Shown in pieces: positions 37,445 through 49,714 of a stretch of 64,000 nt of DNA. The stretch is taken from NCBI GenBank assembly GCA_964252035.1, contig OZ176208.1, one strand, 5' to 3'. Each line of letters starts with the position of its first letter. The first letter of the stretch is position 1. The stretch is from Podarcis erhardii (Eukaryota). Under the pieces are notes generated by a model. It saw only the letters and a program-made list of their open reading frames with translations. It did not search any database and had not been told where the DNA came from. The position numbers were made by a program, and so were the translations under genes.

Positions 37445-40400
37445 TGAGAAAACATGTTTTAAACATGTCTATTCTTAAACTGGTATCAGCTGGATGGTCT
37501 CAGAAGTTTTATCCTGAATTACTCAACTAAGAAAGAAGTATTATACAAAAGCTACTAAAACCCTATTGTCATTCTAGGTTTTTTCCTTTTTTTGAAATAT
37601 GTATTTTATAGCTCAGAATAAGGAAGGTGGGTGTTAGATGATGACAGTAATTTTAGTGGAGTTTCACACAGCTAAGAAGATTAAAGCATCAGGAGTTGTG
37701 CGGGTTTTTTTGGTGGTGCTGTGGGAACGTTCCAAAAGAATATCAAAATAGAATTAACTGAAAGAAAGTTCAAGCTATGTGTTATCTGCCAGATTTCCTG
37801 CTAATTTCCAGCCTAGTAATATATATATTTATATTAAAAATGGGCAGAGTGATCCAAGAGGGTGGGGAGAGCAAGAACCAAAGGCAGACAGACCACATCT
37901 TCCTAGGCTTTTGCCGGGCTTGTGCTGGCAGGTTGGAAGATGGTAGTGATGATGGTGGGTGTCCCCCCCCCCCTTTTCCCCTTCCAGTTCCTTTTCTTTT
38001 TGTTATTTTAAAAGCAGTTTTGTCTCTCATTGATACCAATGGGAGAGAAGCAAACTGCATGTGTAGCATAGTTGGTTTTCCTGTTGTTGGGTATGTCAGA
38101 AGGAGAGGACTGCGGGATCTTTGCTCTCCAGCCTCCTTCCCACACACCCTCAACGTGCCTATGGAAATCCTTCTCTTTTCCCTTTCTGACATCCGAGTCA
38201 GAGATGAACCAACTTTAGGTATTCCCACAGCCACAGAAAGGGGGCATCAGATGTCAAGACTCTGTCTCTGAAGGTGAACCTCTCTGTCCGTCCTCTGAGA
38301 GGAGGTGCTGACGGATTCTATGTACCCTATATTCATTATTAAATTGAGTAATTGCTTTTAGCAGTATAATTTCATACCTGCGCTATCAAGATATAAAAGT
38401 CCATTTCTAGCCAGGCCTCTCATAAATGTAAGGTGTCAAGTTGAGCTGGGCCAAAGTATCACCAAAATATTTTCGTGTGTGAGGTGAAGAGGGTTGTTCG
38501 GTAGAAAAGGTGTTCTGCGTACCTTTGTTATTTTTGTGGGTGTTTAGCCACTCAGTCGTTTTTACCTGCCTTCTGTGTATCTCTGAGCAGGGGGAAGTAA
38601 AAGGACAGCTGTCGTCCAACGTATGTCCAACATATTCTAATATATTTCTAATTATAACTGATTTCATAAATCACCTCATTTGTAGGGACCTCAAGCAGAA
38701 GGAAGCATGTCCCCAAATCGCCTAAGCAACATCTCTTTTTGGTTGCACTGCAACCTTGCAACACAGCAAGGGAACAAAGGAGCAGGTCCTTGTGCTACCG
38801 CAGCAATGCAGTTGTGTACTTCCTTCCTCTTGCCCCTTGCAAAGATCAAAGCTCACCCAATATGAAGAGCTTTCTCCCTTTACAATGTGTCTGAAAGGGG
38901 GGCGACTTCTCAGCCAGCAAATCTTTGTTTTGACTCCACTGCAGAAACTGTAGTGAATGGAGGCTTAAGATGATGTAATCAGTTTGGAAACAGCATTTCA
39001 CGGACAGAATGCCCTCTTTCCTTGAATATTAGAAGCAAATGACATGTAAAATCATCATCAGCATTATCATTAACCTGCATTTGCAACAAAACATATTTAT
39101 GCTAAATGTATTCCCGTGGTGGGAAGCTGTAGCTGGCTAAAAGAAGAATGATGGTCGAGGGTAGAAGCAGGGGGGGGGGACTTACAGAAATTGCCATTCA
39201 GTTGCACAGGAAGGAAGGAAACTAAAGACTCCAGGCAGGAATTGGGAGGGGAGGGTGAAATTCAGATGAAGAGCAGGGAATGGCTCTTGGGAGTAGCAAA
39301 GTTCAGCCAGAGGGAACAGTTGGGTGTGGAAGCAACCGGGGGTGGGGGTGGGGAGCTGGAAGGAGGATTGGCCAGTCTTAATTCTAGTAAAGACTAAGTT
39401 GTTTCAACAAAGTTAGCAGGAGGGTCCGATGAAGGTGCTTACTTTAGCTACGGGATAGTGCCAGAGAAATTAAGGAGGGATGAAGGATGATGCAGAAAGA
39501 TGGTTCTTTAATATTATAATGTTTGCTAAACCTGGAATATGGTTTTAAAGAACAAAATATTTCAATTGCTCACATAAATAGCTCATTTCTAAATTTTATT
39601 GATGAAGTGTATCTTGTTCCTAAAGTAATCCAGAAAATAACTTAGTCTACATCCGGCATTTAATTCTTTTAATTAGCTCAAATGAACTGTGAATCTGGTG
39701 AATCAATCTAACTGATTCACTATTTTGGTCAGTATGGTTAGAGTATGATAACTTTTCTAGATTTAGCAAGAAATTTGTGTGCTATTATCTAAACTTAAGA
39801 TAATGTTTAGTTTCCATGGAATAAGCTGGGATCAGTGAGGAGAAGAAGAAAAAGACCTGTAGCCTGGTATGTACTTAAAGAGTGTGTTATGTGAACTTTA
39901 GTGCAAATTGCATCAGATTTCATTTGAGCACTATTTTTAAAAGAAAATATTTGATTGACTTCAGATAAGATCAGCAGGGTATTCTATGTTTTTGTAGAAT
40001 TTTGCTCAGTTGTTTGTTCTTTTAATGTGAGATTTATATTGCTAAAGTATAGGGAACCTGTGTAAGGTTTTCTGGATGGGAAGAGCATTACTGGATTTCA
40101 AGTTGGAATCAGTAAGATATCTCCTCAAAAAACAATGACCTCTAATTTACCTACTTATCTTCCATATTGTCTTTTAAGGTGTGTTTACTCTGGCCTATAA
40201 TGTAATCTAAGAGGTTCTGTAGCCCAGAGCCAGACCACCTATGGCCATGAGCTTGTCGGTTTTCATAAATTAAGCAGCACCTGGCTACTCTTAGAAGAAA
40301 GAGCTGCAAGTAAATCCAAGTTGCTAACAGCAGTTGAGTTGGTGATTTATTATAAGGTGTTATCTTGATATATTCTTTCCTCTAAGTTACTGCTTGACAT

Positions 40401-40629
40401 CCATACCTGCAATTGTTCCTCAACTGTGTTTTTGGCTTTTTGGGCTAAGCATGGCCCGGTCATCCTCAACCCATCCTATTTAGGACACTCGAGACTTAAA
40501 TTGTTCCATTCAGGAAATAGAAGCCCACTTATCTTGTCACATGTATGTCCTAGATAATTGGATAAATTATTTGATTTGGCGTCTATAGTGTCAATCAGAA
40601 TTTGGTCGGGCAGTTTCTGTCACACAAAC

Positions 40630-41683
40630 CACCACAATGTCTTCCAATTAGTTCTTGCAATGTGTTCCAATTCCTTGGTGTAATATACATTATCCACCGG
40701 GCATCCCAGCTTGCAATGTACAAGGCTGTTTGTGTAGACCCATTTGACTCTGAGTTCAGATCTGAATCAACCTTGGTTACCCTAATGGACAACCTTTATT
40801 GAGGTCCCATCAGCATTATACATTTAAAGCAGTATCAAATTTTTAAATAGTTTTTAAGGGGGCTGAGTTTTCTTAGGCCCTGTTTCCTTCATAGAGCTGC
40901 AATTTCCAGGGTGCTTTAACAGACAATACCTCTTTTCAGGAAAGTCTAGAAATAGTAGCTTGGGGGCAGGGGGGAAATAGTGGTTCCTATGCCCAGTCAG
41001 TTGGTCAGTTACCTGCTCTGGACAGGATGCACTCTCTCTGAAGGAACAGGTACACAGTATTGAGGTGCTTCTAGATGCATCTCTGTTGCCTGATGCATAG
41101 GTTGCCTCAGTGGTCAGGAGTGCCTTTTATCAGCTTTGATTGCTAAGATAGCTACGACTGGTTTTGGTAAGATAGCTGTGACTTGGTCCAGGCATTGGTA
41201 ACGTCAGTACTGGATTACTGTAGCATGTGAGGCTTCCCTTGGAAATAGTCTGGAAGCTGCAGGTAATGCCATTTTTCAGGGTTTTGCTCCTAGCATTTAA
41301 GGCCCTGCACAGCTTTGGACCAGGCCACCTGAGGAACCACCTTCCATCATCTACCCCTCCTGGCAATAGTATTCTTCTGATGGGACCTTGTTAAGAGGGG
41401 TAGCTGGCAACAAACAAACAAAAATAGGCTTTTAGTGCTGCAGCTCCAGCTCTCTGAAATCAGATTCCTATCGAAACTAGACAAGCAGCTAGCATTCTTG
41501 CTTCTGGGTGGCATCTGAAAACCTTTATTTTGAATATTCTTTCCTGATTTGTAAGTCAGCCATTTTATAGTGAACATTGAATTTGATATTTTAAGACTTG
41601 ATTTTACACTGCTGTGTATATATTTAGTTCTTCTATACATTCTGATATTTTTATTGTAAATGGCCGGGAAGCCATTTATAAAT

Positions 41684-41724
<41 letters not shown>
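40630..41724 (+). mobile_element. Decayed, internally deleted L2 LINE (RT domain to (AAT)13 tail)
   Basis: DPFDSEFRSESTLVTLMDNL (about 40738) resembles LDPFQSGFR...TETALV.L.DDL. Also VASVVRSAFYQL (about 41100), FRVLLLAFKALHSFGPGHLRNHL (41275) and an (AAT)13 tail at 41686-724. Confidence 0.82.
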
Positions 41725-41729
<5 letters not shown>

Positions 41730-42243
41730 TTCTGTCTGTGAAAGGCAGAACAACAGAATCAAAAAATGTATGTATGTGTGGGTGTGTGGACGCATGAGGT
41801 TTTGCTAGCAAGGGTACAGAAGGACACAATATATATAAGTAAGCAATTTACATTTATGGATCTCTTCTTTCTCATATGGTTTGCTGGAGTTCTGGTTTCA
41901 ACACATCTGAGTAAGCAGTGCAGGATCTTTCTGAGTGGAAGTACATGTCTATGTTGGTTATATATTATGATCTCTTTCCACACTTATTTTTCTTTTGTTG
42001 ATTACATCCCACTCTGAGTAATCTATAGAAAAGAATGTGAGATTATCCTAAATAGATAAACTCTAATTTTCTTACCCATTACTTCCTTATATATTTTCTT
42101 CCTGATAAATTTAGGAATGTGTTGAGAGTCAGACCTCCCTAACTGTGCATCTTAAAGCTAAGAAACTGACACTTGCATAGCCAGGCATCTCTTTGGAGCT
42201 ATTTCTTAACAAGCATCTTTTAAGATGTTGACTGGGGAAAGTA

Positions 42244-42643
42244 CCGTATTTTTCGCCCTATAGGACGCACCGTCCCATAAGGCGCACCTAGTTTTTGGGG
42301 AGGCAAATAAAGGGGGGGGTATTTTTTCCCCCAAGCGCGGGGCTAGGGCGGGGGAAGCCCGAGCTTCCTTGCGGAGAGCCGCGCAAAGTCTGGGTGCGCT
42401 GAGCTCAGCGTGCCCAGCCTTCGGCATGCAGGCAACTCTCCACAAGCCGCGGGAGCCTGGTGCGGGCTTCCACGACTTGCGGCGATCTGCGCGGAGCCTG
42501 GAGAGCGAGAGGGGTCAGTGCGCACTGACCCCTCTTGCTCTCCAGGCTTCAGAGAAAGCCTGCATTTGCCCCATAGGACACACACACATTTCCCCTTCAT
42601 TTTTGGAAGGGACAAAGTGCATCCTATGGGGCAAAAAATACGG
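42244..42643 (+). mobile_element. 400-bp Tc2/Tigger-like MITE, CpG-rich (probably young)
   Basis: TA|CCGTATTTTTCGCCCTATAGGACGCAC ... GTGCATCCTATGGGGCAAAAAATACGG|TA. Confidence 0.92.
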
Positions 42644-43049
42644 TAATGTGGGAGCCAACATCTGCCCTGAATGAGCATATAGTCTCTATTTCTGAAGAAG
42701 CCCATCATTGGGACTAGATGTTCTGCTCAATATGTATTACTTTGGTCTTCCTTCCATACGTTAAGATCATGCTAAGACATCCTGCTCAGAGTGCCATTCT
42801 CATCATATGCAAAGCTCATTGTCTCAAGGAGTAAGATTCTCTCCATAGGATAGCTCACCAATCTCCCCCTCTGCTATGCACTTGTTTGATAAGCATTTGG
42901 ATACATTAACTATTCTTATTTGTTGTAGCATTTTTGGCACTTCTCATTAATCTCCAGGCATTTCAGAGATCTGTCCCTTCAAATTGTTTAGAACACTATG
43001 TGTGGTGAAGCCTTATAAGATCAGTGGGCACCTTCCTCTCTATTCATTC

Positions 43050-43383
43050 AAGGGACCCCTGACCATTAGGTCCAGTTGTGACCGACTCTGGGGTTGCGGC
43101 GCTCATCTCGCTTTATTGGCTGAGGGAGCCGGCGTACAGCTTCCAGGTCATGTGGCCAGCATGACTAAGCCGCTTGTGGCGAACAAGAGCAGTGCACGGA
43201 AACACTGTTTACCTTCCCACCAGACTGGTACCTATTTATCTACTTGCACTTGACTTGCTTTCAAACTGCTAGGTTGGCAGGAGCAGGGACCAAGCAATGG
43301 GAGCTCACCCCATCGCGGGGATTTGAACAGCCAACCTTTTGATCGGCAAGTCCTAGGCTCTGTGGTTTAACCCACAGCGCCAC
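43050..43383 (-). mobile_element. Sauria SINE (Squam1), near full length
   Basis: Minus strand starts gtggcgctgtgggttaaaccacagagcctaggacttgccgatc (tRNA-derived head). Body aagggacccctgaccattaggtccag...gtcatgtggccagcatgact is characteristic of Sauria SINEs. Confidence 0.9.
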
Positions 43384-44579
43384 ATTAGGTTGTGGCTAAT
43401 GTCTTCACTTCTCTGTCTTGAGCACCCTTTCATGAGAAAACCAATAGGATAGGGCAGAAACATAGCCTTGTGACCCAGTGGTGTTCCTTTAGTCCAAACA
43501 TTCTTCCAGTGTCAAGTCAATAAACATTCATCTGACCTTCACGGTATTTTGGTCCACATTCTAATGTGCGTGTTTTCCCCACGATACTTTTTTTGTCACA
43601 TTGTGCACATTTTGCTTCTTGTTTCTTCAGCATCTCCAGAAGTCATTCTTCACGATGCCCAACTCCAAAGTTCTTGTCCTTGCTATTTCTTAACTTCACT
43701 AATGCAGCCTTCACTTTCCCTTCCAAGTTTCCACGTCATCATATTGACTGCATCCAAAATGATTCTGCAGAAATGAATAATCCAGTCTGCTTCAGTGACA
43801 GATGCAAGCCTAATTTTAAAAAGAGGCATAATATACACAGAGCGACATTATCAGTTTTTTGCTGCCTTTCTTCCAGTAAAATCTCAGTTAAGGTAAATGG
43901 AGATAGAAGGTTGGCAATTTTAGTACAATGGAAGCCCTGCAGACACAACAATTTCTGTTGGATACCAGCACTTCCTTTCTGGAAGAGAAGCCATATGATG
44001 ACTCCTGAATTTGGCATCTGCACTGCATTAGTGCTGTTTCCTTTTCAGAATTCTACTTTCATGTTGTTTTTTTTAAGGTGGGTGGAATCTAGAGTTCTTT
44101 GTATACCCATAATAAGGTCCCTCAATAACCCTATTCAGGCAACCCGACTCACAAGTTGAATCAATGCGTGGGGCCATGCCGATTAGACTAACCCTCGATT
44201 TGTCTTGCTCTGAATCTCTCTACTCCATGGCATCTGCACAAATGTATTCAGAAAGAAGAAACTTCACAAATACAGCTGTATACACTTAGAACTCTCATGC
44301 AAGCTGGAGCCTTCTTTGAAATCAGGGTTCCGGGTTCAGTAGAAGCCTTCACATGTACAAATGTGCACATTAAGCAGGGTAAAGGTTTCGTCTCTGCAGA
44401 CAGTCATGGAGCGCATGCAGACACCTGGGGAAAATCCTAAACTGGAGCACCCAGCATCAGGGGAGGACTAGCTAGTGTGGCCTGGGCAAGCATGAGTTGG
44501 GTGGCCTGAACAGGACTAATGTCTCCTAGCAAAGCAGTAGTTGTGCATTTGAAAAACAGACAGTTCTTCAAGACATTCC

Positions 44580-44920
44580 TGTTGAAATATTCTCAGAGTT
44601 GAGTAGTAATTTCATGCTCTTTATTTCAGCTCATAGGAACAGTGATTGAATCCCCTCCCCCCCCCAAAAAAACCCCTCAGGCTTTATATACATTCTTTAC
44701 ACAATGAGTACCTGATTGGTTGATTATGTTTCCCTTCTGGCACCTGATTGGGCTGCTGCTGTAGGCCAATCAGTTGTTGCATCCTAGTATCCTACTGGCC
44801 TAATAGGCTGATTAACTTCATCCTGTGGTCTGATTGGGCTGCTCCTGCAGACCAATCAGGTTGTTGCATTCTAGGCTCCTACCTGCCTACTGTTCTAGGA
44901 TCCAAGCTTAGTACATAACA
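44580..44920 (-). mobile_element. Solo LTR, 341 bp, antisense to NR3C2
   Basis: TG...CA ends. Read on the minus strand: TGTTATGTAC start, CCAAT boxes, TATATAAAG (44682-90), AATAAA (44620-25), TTCAACA end. No clean TSD seen. Confidence 0.75.
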
Positions 44921-45886
44921 CCCGTGTATTGGGATACATCATGATCTGTGTATCTGAAAAACAAGTATGTGTCAGGAAGATCCTGTATATTGGGGCACAT
45001 CTGGAACTTCCAAACTCAGTATGTATATAACCAAGGCAGTGTAACAAAATACCTTAGTCTAAAGTGCTAGAGAAAAGAATTTTACTGATTTAAGCATCTC
45101 AAAAGTCTGGGCACATCCGGACGCATTTAGAAATGTGGAGAAGGGTATTTCTAGAGTCTCCCTTAGAAACATAGAATTGTCCATGTTTTGTGATTTATTC
45201 CTGCCAAATATATGAGAAGAAAATATATACACCAGATCATACCATTTATATGAATGAATGAAAGCAGCAGAGAGTAGAAATCATTCATGACTGTAAGGCC
45301 GGGTGACTTAATCCATTTGTTTTTCACAAGATGCAAGGGACAGGTTCTTCATATGCACATGCTTAACATACAACTGAACAATTTTCAGGGATGCTCAATC
45401 TCTATTAGGATAATTGTCTTCCAAATATCTATTCACATACAGTGCAGTGTAAATAAATTAATGTAGCAAATCTTTTCTTTTAGTTGGCACAGAGTTAGAA
45501 AAACATTGATAACTGCTAATTCTTGAATATCTGCCATTTTATGGATGGATGTCTTTCCAGACATAGTTTTGCATATTTCTCAAATCCTAACTTTTGCCTA
45601 ACTTTTTTTTATATATAACTGGTAAGGTGAGTGGAAGATTGGAGAAGGGTCTGGTCTGCAGTCATTTGGACCCCACCTGCTCCAACCACATATAAATAAA
45701 CAAATCAATAAATTAAAAACACAAGGTTCATTTAAAAAAATACTAACTGATCTTTCTGGTTCTTGCTGTGTTAAGTCATTGTGACCTGGTTACTATTCCC
45801 TTAGGTGTCATTCATACTATTTTTTTATTGAAGAAAGCTGATAACATTTTGCTAACATTCTTCCCATATTCCCTCCTCCCCCACAG

Positions 45887-46222
45887 CTCGTAAGTCAAAG
45901 AAGTTGGGCAAATTAAAAGGGATCCATGATGAACCGCAGCAGCAGCAGCAGCCGCCACCCCAAAGTCCAGAAGAAGGAACGACGTATATCGCTCCAGCAA
46001 AAGAACCTTCTGTAAACACAGCACTTGTTCCTCACTTATCTGCAGTTTCGCCGGCACTTACTCCCTCGCCTGCTATGGTCCTTGAGAACATTGAACCTGA
46101 AATTGTATATGCTGGGTATGACGGCTCCAAGCCAGATACGGCAGAACACCTGCTCTCCACTTTAAACCGTCTTGCTGGCAAGCAGATGATTCAGGTGGTA
46201 AAGTGGGCAAAGATACTTCCAG
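45887..46222 (+). CDS. NR3C2: Mineralocorticoid receptor exon 5 (NLS, hinge, LBD helices 1-3), 336 bp
   Basis: CAG ending at 45886, GTAAG at 46223. Encodes [49 protein letters not shown]...[47 protein letters not shown]. Confidence 0.98.
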
Positions 46223-46680
46223 GTAAGGGGGCTCCTCTAGCACATCCCTTTAATAAGGGCCTCGTGGCTTTCAGGCATGCCCTGCCCAAAAGAACTTGGT
46301 AAGAATACTTTCCCTGTATCAACATTTAATTAATAGCTTCCTCTGAGGAAGCAATAGTCCTTTGTGTGTGACCCTGCTTGTGTCAGTGAATAGAAATTCA
46401 AACTTCCTCTCCCAACAATGCATGCATGTGTTTTGCATAAGCTATTGCCTAAATAAAATTAATATTTGTTTAGAACACATGAAAAACATAGCATCCAACT
46501 GCTCCAAGTTGGACAGAAACCCAACAGCCATTCTTAGGCCTTCTCCCCCAGATATATATTGTTTCATTATTTTTTTTAATGGGCTCATGAGGACCTTGAC
46601 CTGAAATTATTTCAAACGAGAGAGGCTTAGCCATGAAAATTGTGAAATGACAGTAAGGACTTAAATTGTCCCTTCCTAGA

Positions 46681-46925
46681 GAGAGCCAGTGTGGTGTAGT
46701 GGTTAAGAGCGGTAGACTCATAATCTGTTGAACCGGGTTCGCATCTCCGCTCCTCCACATGCAGCTGCTGGGTGACCTTGGGCCAGTCACACTTCTTTGA
46801 AGTCTGTCAGCCCCACTCACCTCACAGAGTGTTTGTTGTGGGGGAGGAAGGGAAAGGAGAATGTTAGCCACTTTGAGACTCCTTCAGGTAGTGATAAAGC
46901 AGGATATCAAATCCAAACTCTCTTC
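46681..46925 (+). mobile_element. Squam3 (MIR/Ther1-related) SINE, full length
   Basis: gagagccagtgtggtgtagtggttaagagc (A box) ... ggttcgcatctcc (B box), CORE-like gctgggtgaccttgggccagtcac, L2-like tail ttagccactttgagactcc...gatatcaaatccaaactc. Confidence 0.85.
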
Positions 46926-47420
46926 CATATACTGGCTGGATTTCCCTCCATTTCCTTGGGATTAGGGTACAAAGTATGTCAATTACGCATGATGTTAGCC
47001 ATGTAGTTTTGCCATTAAAGATGGTTTGTGATGAAAACTAGCCAGTGTGGACGAAAGGCGATATGGATCGGGACCATAGTGTGTTAGGGCAGAGGGCTCT
47101 GCCCTCCCCACTCATGCGCTTGGCAGTTGAAATTGCAAGTGCAGAGGGCCCAATCCAGATTGGATCCATAGCAGGGCAAAGGGTAAAAGACACCCCTCCC
47201 CACATACTTCCTTGGATTTAAGGGTGGAGATAAAGTCAGATGCAGTTTGGACCCTGGAGGGCGTGGTTTCCTAGCAAGCCTGAACCTCAACACCTCTCTC
47301 TAAAAATTAATCACTGCTGCGTCTTCAAAACGTAGCATATTTCATTGTTAAAAATGGATGTGGATAAACTGCCTGCACAATGGTGTTTTGTTTTCCATAC
47401 TTATGATGGTGGTAAAGTAG

Positions 47421-47615
<195 letters not shown>

Positions 47616-48492
47616 TAAGTTATCTGTCAAATATTTGCTTTTACAAAGGAAGAATAAATAGAGCACTATTAGATATGCAGAGATGCAAAGGCCGCAAAAT
47701 ATGGATGCCAATGAAAGAGAGCACAGGAAATATCTTTCTGAGAAACCTTCCTCCTACCCATCCATTTGATCCGCATCTGCCATTGTATCGGATACTGTTT
47801 CCAAAGCATTAACATTCCATTGGCTTTGAAATGTAGCCGATATGAAACCTAAATTAACAGAAAACATCATTCTTCCCTTCCCCGCGGCGCCCCCCCCCCC
47901 CCCGCGCGCCTTTGGTGCCTACTGTAGTTTGGAGCACTCTCTACCTTTCAGTATACAAAAACACCCATGTTGCTGGTTTTTCTAAGCACATTCACAGAAT
48001 AGTTATTTTGTATACAGCTAGCAGTTTGCCCAGTGTGTGTTCATGACGATTATAATTCCTTTTCTTTGCAGTCTTGAAAGAAACCAACATGTTTTAATGA
48101 AGCATTCCTAGCTTCATATTATAGCTATAACTGCTGGGGGGAGGGAGCCAGTCCATGTCCGTCTTCCTTTCTGTTTTAAATTCACCTTTAAAGCCTTGCC
48201 CATGCTATTCTCCAGATTCTTAAGGCGCTCTGTCTGGCATGTGCCCTTTTGCTGTGTGTGTTGAAAGTATTTGGAATGTATTAAACTGTTACACTTGCAT
48301 ATTTGCTATACCGTTGCAATATTGTTATTTGTCCTGTGATACATATGTTATGTGGGTTGCAGTGGAACACTACTGCTGTAAATGTTTTCTTCTACAGACT
48401 AGCAGTTCAGGCCCCCCCTGAGCTTCATTTGTGGATAAAGTAACATGTAAACCAGACTGTCCCAATGTAGATAGCAAAGTCGTCCCCATAAT

Positions 48493-49210
48493 CTCAGCAG
48501 CTCAGTCGGTAGAGCATGAGGCTCTTAATAATATTTTATTTATATCTCGCCCTCCCCAGCCAAAGCCGGGCTCAGAGCGGCTAACAACCAATTCAAAATC
48601 AAATTAATGGCAACCATTGGGCTAGAGTGCTATGAGGATTACAGAAGGAGGGAGTCAGGCTGTGCCCTGACCAAAGGCCTGGTGGAATAGCTCTGTCTTG
48701 CAGGCCCTGCGGAAAGATGTCAAGTCCCGCAGGGTCCTTGTTTCTTGTGACAGAGCATTCCACCAGATCGGGGCCACAGCCGAAAAAGCCCTGGCTCTGG
48801 TTGAGGCCAGCCTAACCTCCCTTTGGCCCGGGACCTCCAAGATGTTTTTGTTTGAAGACCGTAAGGTCCTCCGTGGGACATACCAGGAGAGGCGGTCCCG
48901 TAGGTACGAGGGTCCTGGGCCATATAGGGCTTTAAAGGTTAAAACCAGCACCTTAAACCTGATCCTGTACTCCACTGGGACCAGTGCAGCTGGTATAGCA
49001 CCGGGTGAATGTGCTCCCACGGCAAGGACCCTGTAAGGAGTCTCGCCACAGCATTCTGCACCTGCTGGAGTTTCTGGGTCAGTCTCAAGGGCAGCACCAC
49101 TTAATCTCAGGGCCGTGGGTTTGAGCCACACGTCGGGCCAAAAGATTTCTGTATCACATGGGGTTGGACCCCTGTGGTCCCTTCCAACTCTACACTTCTA
49201 TGATCTATGA
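48493..49210 (+). mobile_element. tRNA-Lys(CTT)-derived SINE with CR1-like tail, split by an L2 insertion (parts 48493-48529 and 49106-49210)
   Basis: agctcagtcggtagagcatgaggctcttaat joined to ctcagggccgtgggtttgagccacacgtcgggc rebuilds tRNA-Lys; tail ggtcccttccaactctacacttctatgatctatga. Confidence 0.88.
48530..49099 (-). mobile_element. Young 5'-truncated L2 LINE, 570 bp
   Basis: Minus-strand ORF RIRFKVLVLTFKALYGPGPSYLRDRL...RAFSAVAPIWWNAL...FRRACKTELF; 3' stem agccgctctgagcc/ggcgagatataaataaaa; 6-bp TSD CTTAAT (48524-29, 49100-05). Confidence 0.93.
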
Positions 49211-49447
49211 ACTGCAAACACTGCTGCTGTGATGGTGAGCTGTATTTATGAATGCCAGATTCTCACTGTGGCATTATTCACCCAAGCAGGTCCTTGAGGA
49301 GTGTTAGGCTACTTGTACAAGGAAGGCTCATTACCACTACTCAGCCTACTGAGGTCACAATGTTCCCTACATCAGACAGATGCTCTGTATGATGATGCTG
49401 GACCTGAAGAGTTGTTGGGTCTTCCACCTTCTAGACCTAAGGGGGAA

Positions 49448-49628
49448 GGGCTCCATGGCTCAGGGACAGAGCATCTATCTGCATTGCATGCATAAGGTCC
49501 CATTTTCAACCCTTGGCATCTCCAGGTAGGGCACAGAGACAACCCTCTCTGAAATCCTGGAGAGCCACTGTTAGTCAGTGCAGGCAATACTGAGCTAGGT
49601 AAGTACAAGTCAGCTTCCCATGTTCCTA
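49448..49628 (+). mobile_element. tRNA-derived SINE (Squam2-like)
   Basis: gagcatctatctgcattgcatgcataaggtccc...catctccaggtagggc...ctggagagccactgttagtcagtgcaggcaatactgagctag...cagcttcccatgttccta. Confidence 0.75.
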
Positions 49629-49659
49629 TTCTAGCTTAGCTGTTTTAGCTAATTTGAAG

Positions 49660-49714
49660 GGAATTGAACTAGATGACCCTTGGGGTCCCATCCAAATCTG
49701 AGTCTATGAGTCTA
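49660..49714 (+). mobile_element. CR1-type 3' tail fragment
   Basis: ttgaactagatgacccttggggtcccatccaaatctgagtctatgagtcta: hairpin plus octamer-repeat CR1 end. Confidence 0.65.

Noticed and set aside
37777-38271. Overlapping 164-aa and 150-aa ORFs
   Set aside because: Low-complexity C/G and T/A runs, alternative start codons and no homology recognised.
40225-40330. Possible 5S rRNA-derived (SINE3) remnant
   Set aside because: Similarity is too weak to support by eye.
42206-42708. Cluster of four ORFs (78-121 aa)
   Set aside because: All lie within the GC-rich MITE 42244-42643 and none resembles a transposase.
43566-44159. 197-aa + strand ORF as a nested gene
   Set aside because: No recognisable domain or splice context. 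The opposite strand has EGKVKAALVKLRNSK (about 43680-43725), weakly RTE-like, so this is more likely the shadow of a decayed LINE.
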